Assembly: GCA_046563655.1 (NCBI GenBank)
Contig: CM102285.1
Span: 4,650,001-4,714,000 of the forward strand
DNA from: Yuukianura sp. NJ FZ-2021
Taxonomy: Eukaryota
Reading direction: 5' to 3'
Length of the DNA: 64,000 nucleotides
Part shown: positions 28,971-40,993 of the stretch, piece after piece
How the letters are laid out: each line of letters begins with the position of its first letter
Position numbering within the stretch: position 1 is the first letter of the stretch
The notes under the pieces: model-generated
Database searches by the model: none
What the model saw: only the letters and a program-made list of their open reading frames with translations
Told to the model about the DNA's origin: nothing
Program-made: the position numbers and the translations under genes

Positions 28971-29990
28971 AACAAGGTAGGGCGATGCTCAAGGGTTGAG
29001 CATAGGTCTTCTGGAGGGAGTTGACAATTCATACGACATAGACCGGTCGGCCGCAAAGGCGTTAAAAAAAACTATATGAAAAATCGTTTTCACGAAATTT
29101 CAGAACCGAAACGTCGTTCACAATTTTCAGTGCGGATGTAGGGGATTCTTGTGCACAAATTGCACAAAGATGGTCAAGAAGCGTCTGAAAACGTTTTTAA
29201 CAAAAATTGAAAAAAACCGTTTGCATAAAAAAAAGTGTTCAAATTTAGCTCTGAACAGTTTTCGCCCTCTTCAAAACTGTGTTACAAATTGTACTCTGGT
29301 ATGCACAAATTTTGAAATAACAACGTCCCTTACCCAGCGTCAAAATAACTGCGCAATACGACATTTATGTACATCTATTTATAAGTGTGCACAAAATCGA
29401 ACGTTGAGAGAAGCGGTCGAATATCGTTTCCTTAAAATCAAAATCGGTTCACCTAAATGCACAACTCAACCTTTATGGATCGCTTGTAGTCATAAGTGTG
29501 CGTCATGAACAAAATCGAACGTTGACGGTGAGGCATCGAATATCGCTTGTTTAAATTCAAAATTATAAAAATTTCTTGTGAATGCAGCCTGGAACCATTC
29601 CAAGCACTGTTTACATATTATGAATTTAAGCCAGATTTTCTACCCTCTAACTAGGCTTAATTTAACAACGTAATTAAAGTAACTGTCACAAAATGACCAG
29701 ATCAAAACTTCGTTGTTTAAAAATATTTTGAGTGCAATGCAAAGGTATAAAAAATTTAAGTCAGAAGAGTCGGCAATGGGAAGTAGCCGCCCACTTCTGC
29801 GTTGTTAATATAACACTTTGAGTGGAATGTAGACATAATGAAAACACTTAAGCGATACAGAACCCCCGGTCAATAATGGGGCTAATGTTTCAGTGTAAAA
29901 AGTCCTAAAAAGTGTGATACACAGACAGACAAAGTCGTATCAATAGTCTTCTTCAGCATGTCGTAGACATGCGTCTCCAGAAGACTAAAA
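28971..29990 (-). mobile_element. DINE-1/HINE-like non-autonomous Helentron, full copy 3
   Basis: AACAAGGTAGGGCGATGCTCAAGGGTTGAGCATAGGTCTTCTGGAG at one end and CTCCAGAAGACTAAAA at the other. Confidence 0.8.
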
Positions 29991-30233
29991 ACGTCAAATC
30001 GAGCAATGCTTCAAAAGACCCATGGAATCCATGTTTGACTGACGACTTCGCAGAGGCAATCTAATCGCAATGCAAATACTATGAATTTGGACTAGAGAGT
30101 TCTAGAAATACGGCGCCATTCGACTTTTGAAAGTTTATTGTCATACCTTAACAATAAGACAAGCCGTTGCTACTTGAAACTGATCTGCCCCATGAAAACA
30201 ACATCTTTTCCCGGAGCATATATCTCTAAAAGA

Positions 30234-30700
30234 TAGGGTTGCCAACGTTTCCGTGTTAAACGGGAAACAAAACGGACTTTCCGTGTTTTCCGTTTTCGTT
30301 TTTTGAATTTTTTGAAACTGCACCTTTTGTTTTCTTTCCGTTTTCCCTAGAAAACGAAACAAAAACGAAGATAAATAAACGGTAAAAACGCAGCAGAAAT
30401 ACCAGGAAAAATGCCCATTTTTGAGTCACCCCGTTCAAACAAATAAACCAAACGTAACAATTGTAGTCAATGCTAACAGTTTTGACCACACTTGGAATGA
30501 AAAGACATCGATTTTTAAAAGGTAGAACGTGAAATTCAATTTTTTGCAGCTTAGTTTTTGCATTCAACCGTTTTACCGTTTTCAAACCGTCTCGTTCCTT
30601 CCGTTTTCGCGTATCTATTTTATGGCCGTTTCCGTTTTGCAGCCTAGCGTTTTGTTTCGTTTCTACTACTTCGTTTCAACTACTAGTAGGGTTGCCGACG
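30234..30700. repeat. Degenerate MITE-like region with CCGTTT(T) repeats and TAGGGTTGCC motifs
   Basis: TAGGGTTGCC at ~30234 and ~30686; many internal CCGTTT/AAACGG motifs; termini not resolved. Confidence 0.4.
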
Positions 30701-31038
30701 GCTACCCATGGATGCATTTTTTTATATATTTGTAATTTTGAACTAGAGCTAGAGACACAATCAGCGAAAACTACTTCGTTTTTCTTCTTGTTTATGAGTG
30801 TTGAAAAAGCACTCACAATTTATATTTTTTTAGTTCAATAAGCGATGGCCTTCGCCACTGTCATCAACCAATTACATTTGCATTCGAGCAGTTTTTCCAC
30901 TAAATTAAGCTTCAGAAAATAAGTAAATTGTAGTCCAAATTTACGCCCTCAACTCTTGCAATTTTTACAATTCAAAAGTTACGACCCATCTTGGTTTTGA
31001 TTTTCGTTACAAGATCTATTGAAGGCGTAAATGACGAA

Positions 31039-34000
31039 ATGGCAGCATCATGCAGACACTCATCGGTAAAAACTAAATTATAGTTTTATTATTCTCGCAA
31101 ACTGTTTCTTTTACAAAGTCAAAATTGTGTTCCTAACTTATTACAATTTATACGTTATTAAATTCTTGCAGGAAAGGACTACTGCTGAGGAGCTGAAGGC
31201 AATGTCAAGACAATTGTTTGAAGAGGAATACTACTCAAGCACCCTTAAACGTCAAAAAAAGGCTGACCTTCATATCCGACTCCGTACGGGCGGAATTTTG
31301 GAAAATGTAGATTTGGAAGAGAAGATTCTGGAGGATGTTTCAAATTCAAATGGTCCATTGTCAACAGTGGTCCTTGGAGATTCGGGAACTGGAAAATCTT
31401 GGTTAACACTCACTTTAACCAAGAAATTGTACGACTCTACGCAACCGGAATTTCAAAACAAAATCCCTCTGTACATTCCGTTGGGGCGAATTGAGAAAAT
31501 GATTGCTCAGCAGAAAGCTCAACCGTCCAGCTGTTTCAGGTCGGACATTTTGTTTAGTTACATAATGAACCATAGAAATTACTTTCCAGCAAAAATTCAA
31601 GACGGGCAATTGCAAAATTTGTATTTGGATCTCTGCCGCTGCGAATTGATTTTAATTTTGGATGGCTATGATGAACTACAAACCAAGTCAAATTTGTGGG
31701 AAGAAAACAATTGGAGGACTAAGGATTTCAAGAATGTTCGAACAATAGTTTCTTGTCGACCGAATGCACTAGTTGGTGTTGACGTTTCGAAAATGTTTGG
31801 ATTTCCGAAAGAATTTCAATGTAGTTATGTCATATTGCCATTAGAGGGAAATGTTGTAGAGAGGTATATTAGTCAAGTTCCTGTATTTCTACATTCAGTT
31901 GAGTATAATTCAAAGGTCAATGATCCTTGGATGATGACCAAGTCTACTACAAAAGACTATCCGAAATGGGAATCTGCACAGGAGGATTCCGAGTACAAGT
32001 ATTGGTTTTTAGACAAACTTCCAGAATTGGAAGGACTGGCACAAAATGTTTTCATTTTGACAACAATTTGTCAACTGTTGCCAACATTAATTGAAACTGA
32101 GAGGATTGCTAGTAAGAAAGAAGACGTAACTGACGAATTTATGCAGAAATTACAGGAAATTTGTAGAACAGAAGTCCGTTTGTATGACAGATTTACCGAA
32201 ACTTGGTTCACATATCAAGTTGCAAGAATGGAACCAACTGGAGATGCGCATATTCTTTATGTAAACCGTTATGTCCTGCATCACTATATGGGTGGGTATG
32301 CACAAAATTTAGCCATGCGTTCTGCTCAACTTAACCAAGGAATGCTATCAAACGGTGAAATTTCAGAAGGTGAAACTTTGTTTTGGAACTTATGGACTCC
32401 TTGGAGTCCGAACTCAAAAGAATTTCATAGAGACGAAAGTGTAGAAAAACAACTTTTTCCGCAAGATGAAAATGACAGAAATGAAGGTCGACTAAGAAAT
32501 CTGAAACTTTTGAGGGATTCCTGTTTGCTGCGCTACGAGTCAGGCGCTAAAAAATTTCGATTTTTGCATATGTCTCTTTTTGAATATTTTTTGAGCAGAG
32601 AAGTTTTTGAAAAATATCGTGGTGCACTAAATTACTATTCGAATTGGAACAAAAGAAGGGAAGGAGTTAACTTTCTAATTAATGGAAACGATATTACTGA
32701 TCCAGTATTTAGCGGTGTTTTGTCCATGCTTGTTGGGAGAGCTGAAACAGATGAAACATTTCAAAGCACTTTGCTAGAAGCAATAAAAAGGTCTGCCACT
32801 TTGCCTGGAATTGAGCAAATGGCTTCGAATGCTTTGACGATTTTAAATTTGAGCGGTTACAGTTTTTCTGGGAGGAACAAAGACGGTGACAATTTTCAAA
32901 ATATACAAGTCCCGGGAGCAAATTTCAGAAATTCCATTTGTGGAAACAGTGATTTTAGTGGGGCAAATTTTAAAAATGCCAAATTGAATCAAGGGTGGTT
33001 TCAAGGATGTAAATTTCAAGGAGCAAATTTTTTGAATTGTTCTTTGGGACAAATTCCTCCAATTAGTCTGGACTTACAAACTTTCCTCATACACGACGTT
33101 TTATGTTGCAAAAGTCACGGATTTGAGCATGTCATCATCTGTTGTGAGGAACAAAGTCCATCAACGGAAAATGCAAAGCTTTATGTAAAAAATTACAAAC
33201 TAAACGAAAACTTTCAATTTGTAGAATGCAAATCATTTTTTGCTCAACCAATCGCGAAAGGCATAGAATATTTATTTTCCTTAGTAGAACTTCGCAACAG
33301 CATAATTCTTTTTGTGTTTGTTCCACGCGACCTAGAATGGCTAAGTAAGGAAGTTATGCTTCCTGAATCTTGGTACGAATTTGGTTCTAACTCGGTTTTG
33401 AATTTCGGAAAATTTAAAGAAACTAATTTGAACTTACAACATCACTTGAAAGTTTTGAAAGAACAGAACTCAGAACAAAAATTTATTCTCTTCTCCCCGA
33501 ATAAACTACCAGCATTCTGTGACGAGGAAACATTAAAATCAGTTTCTGAAAACAATCGAAGGAATGGCGTGCGTCCTTTGGACGCATGTGGAATTAAATT
33601 TACTTGGATGCCGTTTGGAAGATTTAAATTTATTGTTGCGATATCTTTTGGAAACGTGAACGAAATTGAAGGCATTCCTCTGATGGATAATATCGTACAC
33701 ATTTCGGTTTTACACAATTGGGCGCCGATTTTATGCAATAATGGAAGGGGTCCTTTGGAAATATTTTGGCAAGTTGACCATTCCGAAAATAAAGTAACGC
33801 ACGAAAAACTTTGCTTTCACGAAGTCGGTATACACTGTCGTGGATCATATTTTGATGGCGATGTGGTTTTGAGTTTTCCAAGTAGTGAAAATATTTACTT
33901 CTTTGACTTTAAACACAATAAAGTACCCATTGTATTGCAAAATACCCCTTTCCCTGGAAGCTTTTCAATTAATAACAGTACCACTTCTAAAAGAAAACGG

Positions 34001-34351
34001 GTTTCCCGCTACATAATACTACGCGACTCGGCTATACCACGACATATTGTAAACATTGCGACAAGTAGGAGTAGGGGTTGTTTTGTTTCCAAAGAATTTG
34101 ATTTTATTGCACTAAAAAAACTACTTTCAACAAAGGTGTTTAGCGTTGAAAATGGAACGTTTTCTCAAATTGTTCTTAAAGATTTCCAAACGCCAATTAG
34201 TTTTAAACGTTCAAAGGGAAGTACTTATTTGGTTTATATTGCTAAGGGCTCGTTACACTTTGAAAAAATTGAAGTAATTGATCTTGTTCCAAAAAAAACC
34301 CACATACCAAACTTCCTGTTCAAAGATATTTTTCAGAAGATGGTAGCATAG
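31039..34351 (+). CDS. NLR-like NACHT NTPase + pentapeptide-repeat protein, 5' part (exon 31039-31065, intron 31066-31171, large exon from 31172)
   Basis: Walker A VLGDSGTGKS, Walker B LILILDGYDE, IVSCRP, winged-helix motif FRFLHMSLFEYF, ASNALTIL, then pentapeptide repeats (ANFRN-SICGN-SDFSG-ANFKN-AKLNQ...); phase-0 intron joins MAASCRHSS to ERTTAEE. Confidence 0.8.
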
Positions 34352-36039
34352 GCATAGTTTTTCCTCTTACAGCAAGAATTCCCGTTTTTGATGTTTGGAA
34401 ATTTCAGAATGAGGCTAATGGTCACAGACGACAAGAAACTTTCGATAGGCGTATTCAGTATAGAAATTTTCGGTGCCCAAAATTTCATACTACGGCGAAG
34501 GCCGAAGTGTTAATAACACCAAACAACTTAGTTGTATATTATGTTTGCGTAATAGATCCTTTGGCTCCCGGGTACCAACATCAGCTAAATGCGTACGATG
34601 CAAAATGCAACAAAATATTTCGACTACACGGTATACCGTACGACAGAATGTCTACAAGAACTAATATTTTGATGTTTCAGGATTTTCAGAAAATTGCTTT
34701 CAAAAATGACAAGGAATTTGCTTGTTATAGCGTTACGGAAACTCCCTACGGTGGTATAGGGTTGGTTCATGACGTCACTTTTACCTGCAGTTTCGAACGT
34801 CCGGAGTTTGCATTTGATCCTAATGAACAACATACGTACGTTTTCTCCAAAATAAATACTTATAATGGTCGTATCGGTGTCTGGAATCTAGAAAACAGTA
34901 CGTACATGTTATATCAAGTCAAAAATCACAAAATTTTCCAACCTAATACAAGTCAATGCACAGTTCTCTTGGAAAATAAAATCATCCAAGGCTGCTGCAG
35001 AAACGGCTATTTTTACATAAACCGTTCAAAAGAATACAGCAAATTTCACCCAGAGAGTCCTGTATATGTTTCATCAAACTCAAAATTAGGTTGGATTGTA
35101 TCTCAGTTTCGTAATGGGGATTTAGTTATTTTAGAATCAAGAAGCTTAGAACAATTATTTTTCTTCTATGGATTTTTACCTGGGCATAAGTTTCAAATTA
35201 CACTTAAATCTCCTCATCAAGTCCGCATTGCGCTTGTTCAAGATTATGCTGGAGAGCTAGTATGGCTGAGTCTAAATGGTGTTTCTCTAGGGCAGTGTTA
35301 TCAGCACGGAAAATTAAAAGAATTCAAAGACTGGAAAGTTGATAAAAGTGACCTTCCAAGTTCTAGTCTCTCGTTGAGTAAAGTTGACATATCCTACTCA
35401 CGATCTATAGACAAGGGGTTTTTGTCACTGTTCAACTTTCATGGTTCGCTAGGTTCTCCATCAGAGAGCCATGAGTACAAACCATTTTGCAATTTATTTC
35501 TACCGGTAATAGAATACCAACATTCCATTCTAATAACATCTGACAACGAACAACCGATTGACTTGAGTAAAAATTGGACAGTGACAGTTATTACTAAAAA
35601 GAGTAAATCAAATATGCCGTGGATTTCCACGGAACCACATGCAGCTCTGATTATTGAAGGAATTTTACATGGGAGGCACTTTGTCATTAGAGCGGAACTG
35701 ACAAACAATAACAAAGTACTACAAATCAAATGTGAATCATATAGAGGGAAATCACAGTACGAAGAAATTGTTAAAAACTATGATGGAAAGCAAATACAGG
35801 TAGATTCTGAAATAGGAATGAAATTGTTGCAAAATATTTGGGTAGATACGTATAACCCACAATGGAAGTACAATTTGCTGTTTCACAATTGTAATAGCTG
35901 GTGTAAAGAAAAACTTCAGGTATTGAACATTGAAGACGAGTTTAAGTCTAAACCATACAGATTATTTGTTGACCTTCCAAAAGATTTTGAGTTGAAGGAA
36001 TTTAAATTTAGTAAATCTACTCACCAGAATGTAAAATGA
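34291..36039 (+). CDS. 3' part of the same gene (-1 frame from the A8 run): degenerate beta-propeller-like region + C-terminal permuted papain-like (PPPDE/LRAT-like) domain
   Basis: Frame is open from 34282 (…YFSEDGSIGIV…) into the listed 510-aa ORF; WD-like fragments (FAFDPNEQ, GRIGVWNLEN); HAALIIEG...YNLLFHNCNSWC. Confidence 0.7.
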   Translation, partial: KKNPHTKLPVQRYFSEDGSIGIVFPLTARIPVFDVWKFQNEANGHRRQETFDRRIQYRNFRCPKFHTTAKAEVLITPNNLVVYYVCVIDPLAPGYQHQLNAYDAKCNKIFRLHGIPYDRMSTRTNILMFQDFQKIAFKNDKEFACYSVTETPYGGIGLVHDVTFTCSFERPEFAFDPNEQHTYVFSKINTYNGRIGVWNLENSTYMLYQVKNHKIFQPNTSQCTVLLENKIIQGCCRNGYFYINRSKEYSKFHPESPVYVSSNSKLGWIVSQFRNGDLVILESRSLEQLFFFYGFLPGHKFQITLKSPHQVRIALVQDYAGELVWLSLNGVSLGQCYQHGKLKEFKDWKVDKSDLPSSSLSLSKVDISYSRSIDKGFLSLFNFHGSLGSPSESHEYKPFCNLFLPVIEYQHSILITSDNEQPIDLSKNWTVTVITKKSKSNMPWISTEPHAALIIEGILHGRHFVIRAELTNNNKVLQIKCESYRGKSQYEEIVKNYDGKQIQVDSEIGMKLLQNIWVDTYNPQWKYNLLFHNCNSWCKEKLQVLNIEDEFKSKPYRLFVDLPKDFELKEFKFSKSTHQNVK

Positions 36040-36929
36040 TTATGTACGTTATAATATAGCGTAGCTATATGTACATATATCGTAGTTATGTGTAAATTTG
36101 AATATTAAAAAAAGAATTCAATACTGTTAAGTATTTATTTTAAGCCAAGAACTTCAAATTGCTTTTATTATTAGAAATAAAAATTAACGCTGGCTATATC
36201 TTTTTCCACTGGGATTGCCTGGGGCTTTGCTGAAATTTTGAAAAATCTCCGGATGATGATTCTGTAAGAAAGAAAATAAATAATATTTTCTAAGTCTTAA
36301 TTTAACTTTGTCAAATGTTATAGGTCTCCTGTTTTTTTGAATGCCATTTCTTCGAAAACAAAATATGTCTTCGAGTTATGGCCTATTAACTTAGAAATTA
36401 TAAGATTTTTAAAATTGTGTGCAGACGTCATTTAGAAATGTTTTTGAAATACTTGTTTTTCCATACGAGTCGGAGTGCAAAAAAACAATGAGAAAAGACC
36501 TTAAAAAATAGACAACAAATTGTGGAATGAATTTATTTATAGCCCAGTTTCAAATCATTATCGTAAACTGTATAACAATAACCTTGGCAAGATCTAATTT
36601 GTAACATCTACTGTAACGGTGTAACTTTCAACATGATGATGTAACCTAATGCTGTCATGATGCGACTTACTTTGTAGTGTCTGATGAAGTTTGACGTCAC
36701 ATCTGACGACATCAACTTTAAACCAAAATTCAAAAATTTACCAAGGGTTTGATGCAGACGTGGTGCATATCGGTTCACAATTCGATTTCATGGAGGCGCA
36801 GCACGCAGTAACAGAAGGTACTTTTAAGTGTAAAAATTTTTGTTTTAGATTCACTTTATTAGATTATTTTTGAAGATGAATACAGAAATATAAAAAAACA
36901 ACTTTCCTCAATAGTAGAAGTTCAACGTT

Positions 36930-38060
36930 AATTTATTCCTTGTTCTCAGCCTCGTACTCCAAGTACAGCTCCGGAAGCATTTTCCAAAATGTTCAACCAC
37001 AAATTCAATGTGAAAATTTCCTTTTTAACCTTGACTTTTTTAAACAAAAAAATCGTCTTTTTACGAAGACAAAAACGTTCAAGTGATGATGAAAGTTAGA
37101 AGTCATGTAGGCAGTAATGGTACTTCCACAAGCTCTGCAAACTGCGCGGTACTTGAACTCTCGAAATCCACGAACATGAACTTCAGTTCTTGCAACTACT
37201 TGGATATACTTCCAATTAAAAATTCTCGGTCCAAGTAAGCTACCTAAAAATTTATCAAGAAAATTTAAGGAAATCGAACGTTTTCAAATTTACAGAACGA
37301 TCAGTCAGGAGACGTTCACCACAAACGGTTAACACTTAAAGCACAAATTCCGAAGCCATTTCTATTTTAGTATGAACAATTGTAAATAAAAAAATAGCAG
37401 TTAAAACTTCTGCAATTTTTTTATGAACTAGTCTTTGCACTAAGGTTTTTATTTACACGAAATTAATTATAGTGAACTTTTAAATTGGTTTTTACAAAAC
37501 CAACGAGATTACAAGAAATCATAAAAAATTTCAAAATTTCATGCAAATTCAAAAGTACAAACGGCAGAATGTACAAATTTAGAAACTACAAATTGCTTCA
37601 GAACTTGTTGAGGACTTAGTATAAAGAAACAAACTGAGTTGATTTAAGTAGTACAACAACAATTACTAAACTAGAGCAATCGATTCCATAAAGCAAATCA
37701 ATTTTTCAACTTCAAAGTCTATATTACATTTGGCAAAGTTGAAGCCTTGTGGCGCCATATTTCCAATCCAACTCAATTCTTCGACTTCTCCAACGCTCTC
37801 TGGTGCACATTTCGTATGCCTCTGGATGTAATCTCTACTAAAAAAAAGGACAGATTTTTTTTTAAATTCTTGAAGTTGTGTCAGATCATGAAAATACGTG
37901 TAGTTTGGAAATATATTGACCTTCAAATGCATGTAGAAATGCGAGGTTATGACCTCTTTAATAATTCTTCCATAAGACTGACAACGCTGTCTTCACATCT
38001 TCCACATCTTGGATCCAGTACTATTTGGCTTGTTGGAACGAATCGGTGCGACAGGAGTGA
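36930..38060 (-). CDS. Possible multi-exon or degenerate BED-type zinc-finger gene fragment
   Basis: Exon starting after TTTTAG at ~37243 reads ...KYRAVCRACGSTITAYMTSNFHHHLN; downstream PELYLEYEAENKE*; upstream segment has RCGRCEDS. Gene model not resolved. Confidence 0.4.
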
Positions 38061-38251
38061 AATATGTTTTTTTTATTTCTGTTTATTAATATTCTTTGAT
38101 TCACATGTAGTTGTGCATATTATTAAAACCCACCACTAATGGTTTTTTGTCTTAATAACCTATATGTTGAATTGAGATTATTTTAAATGTATAATTATAA
38201 TACATTTAAAACTATACTTAAACTTGCGATTTCTTTTATACTTACTAGATA

Positions 38252-38507
38252 CTGTCTCTCACAAGCTACGAATCGACCTCCGGAAATGAGGAATTATAGT
38301 GGCTAGCAAGAAAACGAGGTCCACAAAATAAAATTCACCGTTTTTTAATAAAGTGGCTTTGGTTCGACAGATTGGTGAAAATAATTCCTTTTTTCATTTT
38401 GAAAAGAAGTTCAAAATTTTGAAAAAAGTACAAAATTTTAATTTGTTTCTTGCTAACCACCATAATTCCTCATTTCCAGAGGTCCATTCTTAGCTTGTGA
38501 GGGACAG
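38252..38507. mobile_element. MITE with ~65-bp TIRs and TA TSD
   Basis: TA|CTGTCTCTCACAAGCTA...TAGCTTGTGAGGGACAG|TA. Confidence 0.75.
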
Positions 38508-38959
38508 TAGTCTGGGCATAATTTTCCCGTTTAATTTTCCCGTTAACCTTGGATGTTTGGAAATTGCAGAGTTAGGTGATAACGTTTGGAAGGAAAGTTT
38601 CGACTGGAAACGTTCAGAAGCAGCAATTTAATACGAAAGAGCAGGGAGTGATATTCCAATTTCAGTTTCAATTTATTCTACAGAAGCTTCCTGCAAGCAG
38701 GTCGTTACACTTCCTGAGTTTGTGGACAGTTTGTAAATATTAGCGAATGTTATGTCCAGTTCATTACAGTTGATTGTAAAACTTAATAGCTATGCTTTTT
38801 AGGGCAGAAAAAGTGAAAATTAGTCATAATTAGAGTAAAAATTAAGAGTAAAAATTAATGGTGAAGTCTTAATACGGAATTAATACATGAAAGATGACAT
38901 AAGTTGCTAGTGTCAGACGTTTCACGAGAAACATGAGAGGTGCATGCTTAATATAAGTT

Positions 38960-39440
38960 TGAACATAATTTTCCTAGTTACATTAACATTAGAATTAAAA
39001 TTCGTATCGGCGTTTAGGTTGGCGACGATTCGCGTAATTGCTGGAACAAATGATTTGTGAAAGAAATATGAATTTGAAGGGTAGGAGCGACTTCGACCTA
39101 AAATAGGTTATAGGCGACCTAACCACGAAACGGTAACCTGTTTAGCTCACTGGGAATTAAGGCGCTGTTGTCTTGGTGGAGATGTCCAGAACAAAACCAG
39201 CACATCTTCGGTAAAGTCGGTTTACCTTTTTCAGCTTAGTTTTTGCACATTGTGAGTAGATTACAATCATGTAGCGAAGAATGGGAAGCACATAAGTAGT
39301 GACATGAATCTTTCTGTTGCTTTCGTTCACTAGACATTGTGGTGGTGGAATCAAATTCCAGAGAGCGCCATTGCCTTTCTTGACAACAAAATTGATATGT
39401 TGACTCCAAGACAGTGACTCATAAATCAAAAGTGAGGCAA
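38960..39440 (-). mobile_element. 5'-truncated non-LTR retrotransposon (CR1/L2-like) ORF2 3' fragment
   Basis: LSWSQHINFVVKKGNGALW...TYVLPILRYM...KVNRLYRR is a typical post-RT region; ends with NKSFVPAITR. Confidence 0.65.
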
Positions 39441-40459
39441 AAAGTGAGGGGAACACACCTCTACTGGCCCTGAGGAGGGGGGGAGGGGTAAGGAACACTC
39501 CCCTACTCCCCCTGGGGGAAGGAGCGAAAAAATGGAGGGAACACTCCCCACAGCCTGCCACAGCCAGGGGCAGCCCCCTATTTCTGAGCCATTATCAGTA
39601 TGCGCGGTTTCCAACCGGTTTATTGTCTTCATTTTTAACCTATTTTTATCTTTTCACTTGCACACACATCATTCCTAATTAGCAGGGCTGCAAAAAATAT
39701 GTTCTTAAATATTAAATATTTTTATATTCCGCCATTTTAAAAAATATAAATATTTTTCTAAATTTCTGGCTGTTTTTGAAAAATAAACAATATTTTGTGT
39801 AAATTTTTAGCCGTTTCAGTTTTTTTCGGACCAAAATTATTTGGTCCGAATATCACCTATATTGGTGATATCTGTCGTCCGCAGTTAACAATTTTTTTCT
39901 TTTTCAACCGATAAAGAAACACCAAAGCCATCCTTGAACAAATTCGATATCCTGCTAACTTTTAACCCAAGAAAGAAAATATAGTTCAGGTTCAAGGTAA
40001 ATAGAATACTTATAGGTAAGGTCCCTTAAAATTGTTTTTTCAAAACCTAGTTGCTATGGGAATTTTTTCACTCCCATTCACGCCATGTACAGTGCTACTA
40101 AACAATTTTATCATTTTAGCCTAAAAACTTTCGCCACTAACGCAAAAGTATAATAAAAAGTTGGATGAACCTGTATTTTCTCTCGGAGTGACGTCACTGC
40201 GAGTGAAATGTAAACAACTCAAGAATCGGTTTTGGTCGCTAGGGCACTTTTGCCGCTAGCTGGTTCAGGTTAGCAATACTCAAAATCCCGGTTGCGCTAA
40301 AGGCATCAGTGACAATTTGTCACTGACAAATTAACAAAGGCCAACTGAATTTATGTGATTTCAAGGTAAAATTTTGTAAATATTGACTGGGTTAGTAAAT
40401 ATTTGCTTAAATAAAGTGCCGTTTTTCAGTAAATATTTCAATAAATGTTTTGGGGGTTT

Positions 40460-40873
40460 TGTAGCACCTCGTGCTACGCAAACTGCCAAAGATGGCCTCA
40501 GACAAACGATCCGAGCACTGCCGGACTCATGCAACAAACTGAGGAACCAAAGAACACCAATGAGACAACACGAAAGGCAACACAAAGACACGAAGACAAA
40601 TAAATATAAAATATATTTATTTGTACAAAAGATACAAAGTCTTCAGCTCATGCTGAGACAAACACCAAACACCGACTGACTAGCACAACTAGTCTCAATA
40701 CTCTCCTGACTCTCCTCTACCACGCTAACTCTCTCAAAACTCGCGCTAAGCGCTAAACCAAATCTCAACTAACGCTAAGACTAAACCATAGCCTAACTAC
40801 ACTAACCTAAGGCCACTCCCTAACCTCAAGGGGCAATTGACCCTAACCTAAAGGGGAAAACCGGGGCACTTCA
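40460..40873 (-). repeat. Gypsy 3' LTR
   Basis: Differs from 50185-50599 by one substitution and one G in a G-run by manual comparison; preceded on the minus strand by the PPT (40874-40886). Confidence 0.95.
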
Positions 40874-40993
40874 CCTTCCTCCTTCTAAAGATCGGGTTCC
40901 GGGGCATTCCTCGGGACACGATCTCCATCCTCCTCTGCTTCTCGGGCTGCACGTTCCGCTTCTCGTCGCAAGCGCTCCTCCTCAGCACGAATA

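Noticed and set aside
25116..29990. Regularly recurring palindromic ~65-bp block that could suggest a CRISPR-like array
   Set aside because: Spacing is about 1 kb or more, the intervening sequences are homologous to each other, there are no cas genes and the context is eukaryotic; the architecture matches HINE/DINE-1 elements.
34343..34372. 30-nt GT...AG mini-intron that would remove the ORF1 stop
   Set aside because: Splicing keeps the ORF1 frame, which stops again at ~34511 and does not join the downstream ORF; it is also shorter than the other introns here.
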